From NCBI GenBank assembly GCA_024697725.1, contig JAILFE010000199.1, positions 1 to 54,459 on the forward strand: DNA of 54,459 nucleotides. Reading direction: 5' to 3'. The position numbers were made by a program, and so were the translations under genes. The first letter of the stretch is position 1. Every line of letters begins with the position of its first letter. Under the pieces are notes generated by a model, which worked only from the letters and a program-made list of their open reading frames with translations, did not search any database and was not told the origin of the DNA. Shown in pieces: positions 27,481 through 35,390 of this stretch. Source of the stretch: Oscillospiraceae bacterium (GTDB taxonomy: Bacteria > Bacillota > Clostridia > Oscillospirales > Ruminococcaceae).

Positions 27481-28546
27481 CGCTCTGCCATGGTATCAGA
27501 TCACCTTTCCGGGGCTTGGCATCAGCCTTGAGGTCAACGGAGAGGCGTTCAGGCTTGGCACACTGTCGATAAAATGGTACGGCATCATTATTGCTGTCGG
27601 ACTTATGCTCGCGCTGATATACTGCTTCAAACATATGAAGGAATTCGGACTTGACGGAGATAAAGTAAGCGATGCAGTATTTGCCGGTTTTATAGGCGGT
27701 ATAGTCGGAGCAAGGCTCTATTATGTACTGTTCAATATTGAGCAGTACAAAAGCATAAAAGATGTATTCAATACGAGAAACGGCGGTCTTGCGGTATTCG
27801 GCGGGATAATCGGGGCGCTGCTCGTCGGCGGGATCACTGCAAAGATAAGGAAAATACGGCTGCTCCCGCTGCTCGATATCGCATCAATGGGATTTCTTAT
27901 CGGTCAGGGCATAGGCAGATGGGGCAATTTTTTCAATCATGAGTGCTTCGGCACGAACACAACTCTGCCGTGGGGTATGTCGAGCGGATGCATACAGAAT
28001 TTTCTTGCAGTAAACGGACAGCATATCTATGAAACGACCGGTGTTACAGTCGATCCGTTCCTTCCTGTCCATCCATGCTTTTTCTATGAATCGGCATGGT
28101 GTCTGCTCGGATTCCTGCTTCTTCATATTTTCCACAAAAAGCGCAAATATGACGGTGAGCTATTCATGATGTATCTCTGCTGGTACGGACTTGAAAGAGC
28201 TCTTGTCGAAGGACTTCGCACAGACAGCCTTATGATAGGTCCTGTACGTGTCTCACAGCTGCTTGCTTTTGTGATATTCGCAGTATCGCTCGTATTCCTC
28301 ATCACCATGCGCATAAAGATATCAAAAGGAAAAGCACCTGTTCTTTATGTTGATACGGAAGAATCCGCAAAGCTGCTGAAGGATGCCGAAGCCAGGATAA
28401 AGGAAGATGAACAGAAGCGCCGGCAGAAAAAAGAAGACAGATACAAAAAGAAAAATCCGGAACTCAGCGCGGATCAGAAGATCATAGCTGATGATGAATC
28501 AAACAATAATGATACGGAGGGAAATGAAAATGGCAGTACGGATTGA
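27461..28546 (+). CDS. lgt: prolipoprotein diacylglyceryl transferase with a ~70-aa charged C-terminal tail
   Basis: WYGIIIAVGL, GARLYYV, GGLAVFGGIIGA and GQGIGRWGNFFNHECFG motifs. ATG 27461 follows GGAGGGA and overlaps the end of the preceding gene. Confidence 0.9.
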   Translation: METVTLDALPWYQITFPGLGISLEVNGEAFRLGTLSIKWYGIIIAVGLMLALIYCFKHMKEFGLDGDKVSDAVFAGFIGGIVGARLYYVLFNIEQYKSIKDVFNTRNGGLAVFGGIIGALLVGGITAKIRKIRLLPLLDIASMGFLIGQGIGRWGNFFNHECFGTNTTLPWGMSSGCIQNFLAVNGQHIYETTGVTVDPFLPVHPCFFYESAWCLLGFLLLHIFHKKRKYDGELFMMYLCWYGLERALVEGLRTDSLMIGPVRVSQLLAFVIFAVSLVFLITMRIKISKGKAPVLYVDTEESAKLLKDAEARIKEDEQKRRQKKEDRYKKKNPELSADQKIIADDESNNNDTEGNENGSTD

Positions 28547-29387
28547 CGGAAAGGCTGTTTCGGCAAGAGTCAAGGCAGATGTGAAAAAGGAGATCGAGCA
28601 GCTGAAAAGCCGCGGTATCGAGGCGGGACTTGCTGTTGTTATAGTAGGGGATAATCCCGCATCAAGAGTCTATGTTAACAACAAGAAAAAAGCGTGCTCA
28701 GAGGTGGGTATAACATCGTATGAATACGCGCTTCCTCAGGATACGACCGAAGAGGAGCTGCTTTCACTTGTTGAAAAGCTCAATAACGACAGCAGAGTGA
28801 ACGGTATACTTGTTCAGCTACCTCTGCCGGAGCAGATCGATGAGCACGCCGTGATAAATACTATCGTCCCCGAGAAGGATGTAGATGCTTTTCATCCCGA
28901 AAATGTCGGGCATATAATGATCGGTGACTATAAGTTCCTGCCATGTACTCCTGCAGGAGTCATGGAACTTATTGCCGAGACAGGTATCGACCCGTGCGGT
29001 AAGAGCTGTGTTGTTATCGGCAGGAGCAATATCGTAGGCAAGCCTATGGCTATGCTTCTCCTGCACAAGAACGGTACGGTCACAGTCTGTCATTCGCGGA
29101 CGAAAGATCTGAAGGAGATATGTGCAAATGCGGATATACTCGTTTCGGCTGTCGGAAAGGCCAATTTCGTAACTGCCGATATGGTAAAGCAGGGCGCAGT
29201 CGTTATAGATGTCGGCATGAACAGAAACGAAGAAGGCAAGCTATGCGGCGATGTGTGTTATGATGAATGCGAGAAAAAGGCAGGATATATAACACCTGTT
29301 CCCGGCGGAGTCGGACCTATGACTATCGCAATGCTCATGAAAAATACTCTCACTGCTGTCAAGGCAGCAAACGGTATTACAGACTGA
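28530..29387 (+). CDS. folD: bifunctional methylenetetrahydrofolate dehydrogenase/cyclohydrolase
   Basis: VVIVGDNPASRVYVNNKKKAC, VQLPLP, VIGRSNIVGKPMAMLL and PVPGGVGPMTIAML motifs. ATG 28530 lies 8 nt after GGAGGG and overlaps the lgt 3' end. Confidence 0.93.
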   Translation: MAVRIDGKAVSARVKADVKKEIEQLKSRGIEAGLAVVIVGDNPASRVYVNNKKKACSEVGITSYEYALPQDTTEEELLSLVEKLNNDSRVNGILVQLPLPEQIDEHAVINTIVPEKDVDAFHPENVGHIMIGDYKFLPCTPAGVMELIAETGIDPCGKSCVVIGRSNIVGKPMAMLLLHKNGTVTVCHSRTKDLKEICANADILVSAVGKANFVTADMVKQGAVVIDVGMNRNEEGKLCGDVCYDECEKKAGYITPVPGGVGPMTIAMLMKNTLTAVKAANGITD

Positions 29388-29408
29388 TTGAAAGGATGAT
29401 CGTAAAAA

Positions 29409-30674
29409 ATGAGAATGACTATGACTCAGAAGATCCTCGCAGCACATACCTGGCAGGACAATGTCCGTGCAGGTCAGCTTGTGAAATGCAAGCTGGATAT
29501 GGTCCTCGGAAATGACGTTACCACTCCCGTAGCGATCAATGAATTTGAAAAGCACGGATTTACAGGCGTGTTTGACAACGACAAGATCGCTATGGTAATG
29601 GATCATTTCACACCCAACAAGGATATAAAATCTGCCGAGAATACCAGGCAGTGCCGTGTTTTTGCGGGCAAATATGATATATCCAATTATTTTGATGTCG
29701 GAGCAATGGGCATAGAGCACGCGCTCCTTCCCGAAAAAGGCATAGTTGCTCCCGGCGACTGCGTTATCGGCGCTGACAGCCACACCTGTACATACGGTGC
29801 TCTCGGAGCATTCTCCACAGGCGTCGGTTCGACGGATATGGCAGCTGGTATGGCAACGGGTGAGGCATGGTTCAAGGTGCCTTCTGCAATAAAGTTCAAT
29901 ATCACCGGCGAGCTCGGTAAATATGTCATGGGCAAGGATGTTATACTGCATATTATCGGTATGATCGGTGTTGACGGTGCATTGTACAAGTCTATGGAAT
30001 TTTCCGGCAGCGGACTGAAGAACCTCTCTATGGATGCACGTCTTTCAATGGCGAACATGGCTATCGAAGCGGGCGCCAAGAACGGTATATTCGATGTTGA
30101 CGAGATCACCGAGAATTATGAGCTCAACCGCGTGAACCGTGAATATCAGATATACAAGGCGGATGATGATGCCGAATATGAAAAGGTGTATGATATAGAT
30201 CTTTCCAAGATAAGACCCACAGTTGCATTCCCGCATCTTCCCGAAAATACTAAGACAATAGATGAAGTAGGAGATATACCCATAGATCAGGTCGTTATCG
30301 GCTCATGCACGAACGGCAGGATCGAGGATATGGAAATGGCTGCAAATATACTGTCGGGAAATCACATTGCAAAGGGCGTAAGATGCATAGTTATCCCCGC
30401 AACACAGGAGGTATATCTCACAGCACTCAGAAACGGCTGGATTGAGACATTCATAATGGCAGGCTGCGTAGTATCGACACCTACCTGCGGTCCCTGCCTC
30501 GGCGGACATATGGGTATACTTGCAAAGGGCGAACGCGCTGTTGCCACGACAAACAGGAATTTCGTCGGACGCATGGGACATCCCGAATCCGAGATATATC
30601 TTGCTTCTCCCGCTGTTGCGGCTGCATCTGCAATAAAGGGCTCTATAGCATCACCCGAGAATATTGCAGTCTGA
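29409..30674 (+). CDS. leuC: 3-isopropylmalate dehydratase large subunit (short, archaeal/clostridial type)
   Basis: [45 protein letters not shown] and [10 protein letters not shown] (Fe-S Cys ligands). Confidence 0.9.
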   Translation: MRMTMTQKILAAHTWQDNVRAGQLVKCKLDMVLGNDVTTPVAINEFEKHGFTGVFDNDKIAMVMDHFTPNKDIKSAENTRQCRVFAGKYDISNYFDVGAMGIEHALLPEKGIVAPGDCVIGADSHTCTYGALGAFSTGVGSTDMAAGMATGEAWFKVPSAIKFNITGELGKYVMGKDVILHIIGMIGVDGALYKSMEFSGSGLKNLSMDARLSMANMAIEAGAKNGIFDVDEITENYELNRVNREYQIYKADDDAEYEKVYDIDLSKIRPTVAFPHLPENTKTIDEVGDIPIDQVVIGSCTNGRIEDMEMAANILSGNHIAKGVRCIVIPATQEVYLTALRNGWIETFIMAGCVVSTPTCGPCLGGHMGILAKGERAVATTNRNFVGRMGHPESEIYLASPAVAAASAIKGSIASPENIAV

Positions 30675-30685
30675 TGTCATATATT

Positions 30686-30709
30686 TCTCCTCTGCTATTA
30701 AAGAGGAGA
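30686..30709 (+). other. 8-bp stem-loop in the unusually long leuC-leuD spacer
   Basis: TCTCCTCT (30686-30693) pairs with AGAGGAGA (30702-30709) across an 8-nt loop. No U-tract follows. Confidence 0.4.
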
Positions 30710-30776
30710 GTATGAACGTCAGCGCGTTTCGTCAAGGACGGCGCCCGGTATAATACAGAAAGGATGGTCATCTATA

Positions 30777-31256
30777 ATGAAGGTCTGCGGCAATGTACAT
30801 AAATACGGCGATAATGTTGATACCGACGTTATCATCCCCGCACGTTATCTCAACACCTCCGATCACAAGGAGCTCGCGGCTCACTGCATGGAGGATATAG
30901 ACAAGGATTTTGTAAATAAGGTAAAGGAAGGCGACATTATCGTTGCCGACCAGAATTTCGGCTGCGGTTCATCGAGAGAGCACGCTCCGATCGCAATAAA
31001 GGAAAGCGGTATATCCTGTGTCATCGCTTCCACATTTGCAAGGATATTCTACAGGAATGCTATAAATATCGGTCTGCCTATCCTCGAATGTGATGAAGCT
31101 GCAAAGGCTATATCCAACGGCGATGTCGTCGAGATAGATTTTGACAGTGGCGTTATCAACGATCTTACTTCCGGAAAAACATTCCAGGCAGAGCCGTTCC
31201 CCGATTTTATCCTTGAGATCATAGGAGCCGGCGGACTGCTCAATTCATTGCAGTAA
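30777..31256 (+). CDS. leuD: 3-isopropylmalate dehydratase small subunit
   Basis: [15 protein letters not shown] and [10 protein letters not shown] motifs. Confidence 0.9.
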   Translation: MKVCGNVHKYGDNVDTDVIIPARYLNTSDHKELAAHCMEDIDKDFVNKVKEGDIIVADQNFGCGSSREHAPIAIKESGISCVIASTFARIFYRNAINIGLPILECDEAAKAISNGDVVEIDFDSGVINDLTSGKTFQAEPFPDFILEIIGAGGLLNSLQ

Positions 31257-31287
31257 TGCAGCAGATAAAGGAGGAGCTTTGATAAAA

Positions 31288-32370
31288 ATGGACAAGAAAA
31301 TTGCTGTCATCAAGGGCGACGGTATAGGTCCCGAGATCGTTTCCGAAGCGATAAAGGTACTTGACAGGATCGCAGAAAAGTACGGTCATACATTCGAGTA
31401 CGATCAGCTTCTTATGGGCGGGTGCTCGATAGACGCATACGGGGTTCCGCTCACAGATGAGACTATCGAACGCTGCAAGGCTGCCGATGCTGTTCTTATG
31501 GGTTCTATCGGCGGAAATACGACCACATCCCCGTGGTATAAGCTCCCGCCGGATCGCCGTCCCGAGGCAGGACTGCTGAAAATAAGAAAATCACTCGGTC
31601 TTTTTGCGAATCTTCGTCCCGCTGTGCTTTATCCCCAGCTTGCCGGAGCGTGTCCGCTGAAGGAGGAGATAAGCTCCCGCGGCTTTGATCTGCTCATCAT
31701 GCGCGAACTCACCGGCGGTCTTTATTTCGGCGAAAGGAAAACCGAAGAGATAAACGGTGTGATGACTGCTGTTGACACGCTTTCCTATAACGAGAACGAG
31801 ATACGCAGGATAGCGATAAAGGCATTTGATGTAGCTATGAAGCGCAGGAAAAAGGTGACTTCCGTTGACAAGGCAAATGTGCTTGATTCTTCACGCCTGT
31901 GGAGAAAAGTCATAAACGAGGTCGCTGCGGATTATCCCGAGGTGACTGTCGAGCATATGCTCGTAGACAACAGCGCGATGCAGCTTGTAAAGGATCCCGC
32001 ACAGTTCGATGTGCTTGTTACAGAGAATATGTTCGGCGATATCCTTTCGGATGAAGCCTCGATGATAACAGGCTCGATAGGTATGCTTGCTTCGGCGAGC
32101 ATGAACGAGACAAAGTTCGGTCTCTATGAACCGAGCGGCGGATCTGCTCCGGATATTGCCGGTCAGAACAAGGCAAATCCCATTGCGACCATACTTTCGG
32201 CAGCAATGCTCCTGCGTTATTCGTTCGATATGCAGGCTGAGGCTGATGATGTTGAGAATGCAGTAAATGCTGTTCTTAATGATAATATCAGAACAGGCGA
32301 TATCATGTCCGAGGGCATGAAGCTCGTATCCTGCTCCGAAATGGGAAGCTGCATAGCGGAAAAGATCTGA
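31288..32370 (+). CDS. leuB: 3-isopropylmalate dehydrogenase
   Basis: [23 protein letters not shown] and [21 protein letters not shown] motifs. ATG 31288 follows AAAGGAGGA; the track start TTG 31279 is too close to the RBS. Confidence 0.93.
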   Translation: MDKKIAVIKGDGIGPEIVSEAIKVLDRIAEKYGHTFEYDQLLMGGCSIDAYGVPLTDETIERCKAADAVLMGSIGGNTTTSPWYKLPPDRRPEAGLLKIRKSLGLFANLRPAVLYPQLAGACPLKEEISSRGFDLLIMRELTGGLYFGERKTEEINGVMTAVDTLSYNENEIRRIAIKAFDVAMKRRKKVTSVDKANVLDSSRLWRKVINEVAADYPEVTVEHMLVDNSAMQLVKDPAQFDVLVTENMFGDILSDEASMITGSIGMLASASMNETKFGLYEPSGGSAPDIAGQNKANPIATILSAAMLLRYSFDMQAEADDVENAVNAVLNDNIRTGDIMSEGMKLVSCSEMGSCIAEKI

Positions 32371-32407
32371 ACGGAATATCTGCTGCAAAGAACAGTATAA
32401 AAAAATC

Positions 32408-32447
32408 ACGGACACTGCTCAATAAATAGCCGTGTCCGTTTTCTTGT
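32408..32447 (+). terminator. rho-independent terminator after leuB
   Basis: ACGGACAC (32408-32415) pairs with GTGTCCGT (32432-32439), followed by TTTCTTGTGTT. Confidence 0.65.
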
Positions 32448-32509
32448 GTTCGCCCGAAATGGTCAGTAATTTGGCGGTGAAAGTCCAATTGTGGACTTAA
32501 AACAGTTTT

Positions 32510-32845
32510 TTATTGTTTTCTTTTTTCTGCATATTTCCTTCTGATAAAGTTAATGACTTTTGTCATTATACATATAATTTTTGTCATTATAAATATTAGC
32601 AAGACGAATATCGCGATCAATAATAAGATTATCAAATCAAAAGCAAATTTGTGGTGTGAAAAATCATTGTAATACTTATTCCAGTCAAGTTCAATTTGAT
32701 TATTCAGTACATCATAATGAATATCGTATTCAAGGTAACCGGAATCATTAATAATATCGAACGAGTCTGAAGTTTGTATTATGCTGCCATTCTTGTCCAG
32801 AACTGCAACTTTTAACCTATATTTTTCATTATACAGCGGGATCAT
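32510..32845 (-). CDS. hypothetical protein with a C-terminal TM anchor; probably the distal part of a split gene
   Basis: 111-aa ORF in very AT-rich DNA, with a C-terminal hydrophobic stretch LIILLLIAIFVLLIFI followed by a basic tail. The same frame stays open upstream to 32992 and overlaps the 3' end of ORF 32929..33234. Confidence 0.5.
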   Translation of the reverse strand: MIPLYNEKYRLKVAVLDKNGSIIQTSDSFDIINDSGYLEYDIHYDVLNNQIELDWNKYYNDFSHHKFAFDLIILLLIAIFVLLIFIMTKIICIMTKVINFIRRKYAEKRKQ

Positions 32846-32928
32846 TAGATCTCCGTCAAGAAGAAGATTTCCTTCATCACCTTTTTTCAGAATAAAATTA
32901 TTCTGTGTTTCTTCCCTGTCACCTTTAT

Positions 32929-33234
32929 CTATTCGTCTATCTTCATTTTTGTATAGTTGTCTTTGTAATGACAGGACAGGCTCAAATAGCCTTCACTGTC
33001 GATGTATCCGACTAATTTACTGTAATCGAAATCGTACATTTCCAAATTTGCCTTATTGATATCAATATAATGTTCATCAGACGTTTTCATTTGTATGAGA
33101 ATATCAATGTACTCGGCATTATCCGGAATATTGTACGAATAAACTGTCAGACTGTCTTTGGGCGTCGCATAAACATCAATATGTAAAATAAGAGTTCCAA
33201 AAACAACAGTTAAAAGAAAAAATATAACTTTCAT
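32929..33234 (-). CDS. hypothetical secreted protein fragment (signal peptide); probably the proximal part of a split gene
   Basis: 101-aa ORF beginning MKVIFFLLTVVFGTLILHIDVYA (signal-peptide-like), with RBS GAGGA upstream. It ends just after an A5 run (plus-strand T5, 32946-32950). Confidence 0.5.
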   Translation of the reverse strand: MKVIFFLLTVVFGTLILHIDVYATPKDSLTVYSYNIPDNAEYIDILIQMKTSDEHYIDINKANLEMYDFDYSKLVGYIDSEGYLSLSCHYKDNYTKMKIDE

Positions 33235-33271
33235 TTATTCCTCAATATATAAAACATTAGTGGGATTCTTA

Positions 33272-34639
33272 TCAATCTGTCACCGTAATGCCGTAGCTCT
33301 CGCAGAGATTCGCGATCCCGCCCTGATACCCGCTTACAACTGAGGATAATCTCCACAGTCTGTTATTTCTGTACAATTCAACTGCAACGATAGTTTTTTC
33401 ATTATCGAGATCAATAAGCGGCAGCTCGGCACATCTTTTTCCGCACTTTATCATGACAATTCCGTCGTGCAGCATACGGAATGTCTTGCTGCTGTCGTCG
33501 CCATATATATCATATGCTATAGTGATGCGTTCTATGCTGTATGGAATACGCACAAGATCTATTATCACCTGTCTGTGCTGTCCTGTGTCGGAATAGCATA
33601 CGGCATTGTTCGCATAGGAAGTGTTCCCGAAAAAGATCACATTTTCATCGGTCACAGCCCTGCCGTAATGGTCGAGCAGGAATGTGTATGCGTCTATATC
33701 GAGATTTTTGTCCATTGACGAGTAAAACAGCTCTATGCTGATGATACCATCGCCAAGCATCTGTTCGATATTTATACGCTGTCCGCGGCAAAGCCTTATA
33801 AATCCCGGCGATCGGCTGCGTATCACAGCGCTGACACCCATATAACTCATATCATACGGTCTTGAAGGCAGAGCATTATCATGGTCATGCATGATCTCAT
33901 CCCGAACAGGTGTCTGCTCCGCAGTCTTGACAGCAGTATCGGGTCTTTCCGAAGATGTCTGCTTGCTATTTTTCTGAGGTGGTATGTATTCTATCTGATC
34001 GGATACCTGATTTACGAGCCTTCCGCTGTTTATATCAGGTGCAAATCCGCGTGACGGATCGGATGCGGAAAAAGTGATAACGGTTTTTCTTCTGAGTACA
34101 GAGCAGAACTCTATATCGCCGCAGACAGAAACTCCTTCGGCAAGCGGGTCAACTGTAAAACAAAGACAGCTTTTTCCGGGGGGCAGCTCAGTAGGGGATA
34201 CCGAGACACCGCTGATATTATTAATCAGATGAGCAGCTGCCGGGATACGTATCTCTGCATAGAATATAAATTCCTCGTTTGCGGGTATCCGTCCGAGCCT
34301 TATCACATCAGGTATCTCCCATGTCCCGCTGTCTCCGTCGATTCCGAGTGTATTGCCGTATACCGTGATATTTTCAAAGGCGGTATTGTGACCGTGGGAA
34401 TCTATCGCCGCACTGTCCGCACCACCGCCTGTTGTTTCAATAGTTATGTCCCGCAGGGTGACATTATCCGATCTTATATCCGCCGAAGTGCCGTTCAGGC
34501 ACCAGATAGTGGTATTATTCCCGCATATCGTACACGGATGTGAGATCACTATCGGCCCTTCAAATTCACCGCACGGAAGCAATGCTGTTCCGTTTGGCGG
34601 AGTTGCTTTGATAATAGCGTCTATTTCTCCGCTGTTCAA
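33272..34639 (-). CDS. cytoplasmic multidomain protein: N-terminal beta-helix-like region plus a C-terminal divergent TerD domain
   Basis: 455 aa with no signal peptide or TM. Residues ~280-452 follow the TerD family pattern: NLDIDAYTFLLD, DENVIFFGN, VIIDLVRIP, ERITIAYDIYG, and ELYRNNRLWRLSSVVSGYQGGIANLCESYGI (compare [24 protein letters not shown]..FGV in TerD). The N-terminus has NVTLRDITIETTGGG...AFENITVYGN. Confidence 0.6.
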   Translation of the reverse strand: MNSGEIDAIIKATPPNGTALLPCGEFEGPIVISHPCTICGNNTTIWCLNGTSADIRSDNVTLRDITIETTGGGADSAAIDSHGHNTAFENITVYGNTLGIDGDSGTWEIPDVIRLGRIPANEEFIFYAEIRIPAAAHLINNISGVSVSPTELPPGKSCLCFTVDPLAEGVSVCGDIEFCSVLRRKTVITFSASDPSRGFAPDINSGRLVNQVSDQIEYIPPQKNSKQTSSERPDTAVKTAEQTPVRDEIMHDHDNALPSRPYDMSYMGVSAVIRSRSPGFIRLCRGQRINIEQMLGDGIISIELFYSSMDKNLDIDAYTFLLDHYGRAVTDENVIFFGNTSYANNAVCYSDTGQHRQVIIDLVRIPYSIERITIAYDIYGDDSSKTFRMLHDGIVMIKCGKRCAELPLIDLDNEKTIVAVELYRNNRLWRLSSVVSGYQGGIANLCESYGITVTD

Positions 34640-34665
34640 CTATTTTCACCTGCCGATCATAATGC

Positions 34666-35322
34666 TCAGAATTTTCTCTTGCTTTCGATCACCTTGCCGA
34701 AAATTCGTATCCTCTCCATTTCGTTTCCTTCAAATCTCCTCGGAGGATAATACGGGTTGATGCTTATCAGTTCGATATAATTCCTGCCAAAATTGACCTT
34801 TTTTACCACTCCGTCCTCGTTGTCTATGAGGACGACGGCATATTCACCGCTTTCAACGATCTCCTGGCAGCGAACGAGCACAAGATCGCCCTCCATTATG
34901 AGCGGGCTCATCGAATCGCCGATCACCTTCAGATAAACATAGTCTGATCCGCTTCTTATGAGATCTTTTGAAGCATATTCATAATACTCGATATTTTCCT
35001 CGGCGTGGCAGGCAAGACCGGCAGCAACACGTCCGATCACGGGAACTCGCGCGTAATCACCGAGGTCTGCCGGATATACATTTCTGGGCATAGCGTATGA
35101 CCTGTCAGCCTGGCTTTTTCCGCAAAGCCATTCCGGTGTCACACCCAGAGCCGCAGCTATGGCATTGAGTACAGGTGCCTTGAAGTTCTTGATAGACCCG
35201 TTTTCATACCTCTGTATCGTAGAGGCGGCAACTCCGACTTTCTTGGCAACTTCATAAAGCGTAAGACCTTTTTCTCTGCGCTTCTGTATGATCCTTGCTG
35301 ATATTTCACTGTTTTCAGACAT
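34666..35322 (-). CDS. XRE-family HTH repressor fused to an S24 (LexA/CI-type) autocleavage domain
   Basis: The HTH_XRE region is KRREKGLTLYEVAKKVGVAASTIQRYENG. The LexA-like cleavage site is VPVIGRVAAG. The catalytic Ser lies in VIGDSMSP and the Lys in GVVKKV. RBS GGAGG lies 8 nt upstream. Confidence 0.85.
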   Translation of the reverse strand: MSENSEISARIIQKRREKGLTLYEVAKKVGVAASTIQRYENGSIKNFKAPVLNAIAAALGVTPEWLCGKSQADRSYAMPRNVYPADLGDYARVPVIGRVAAGLACHAEENIEYYEYASKDLIRSGSDYVYLKVIGDSMSPLIMEGDLVLVRCQEIVESGEYAVVLIDNEDGVVKKVNFGRNYIELISINPYYPPRRFEGNEMERIRIFGKVIESKRKF

Positions 35323-35353
35323 ACGGCCGGCCTCCGTTCGGTTTTATAGGTGT

Positions 35354-35380
35354 GTGCTGCTGTATATCCCGCAGCAGCAC
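35354..35380 (-). repeat. 9-bp perfect inverted repeat GTGCTGCTG-N9-CAGCAGCAC between the membrane-protein gene and the S24 repressor gene
   Basis: Arms at 35354-35362 and 35372-35380. It sits 10 nt after the upstream stop and about 30 nt before the repressor ATG. No U-tract follows. Confidence 0.6.
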
Positions 35381-35390
35381 GGGTGTATTG

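Noticed and set aside
30712-30753. 13-codon ORF in the leuC-leuD spacer as a leucine leader peptide
   Set aside because: It contains no Leu codons, and the RBS-like GAGGAG sits only 3 nt from the ATG. I mention it in the findings only as a curiosity.
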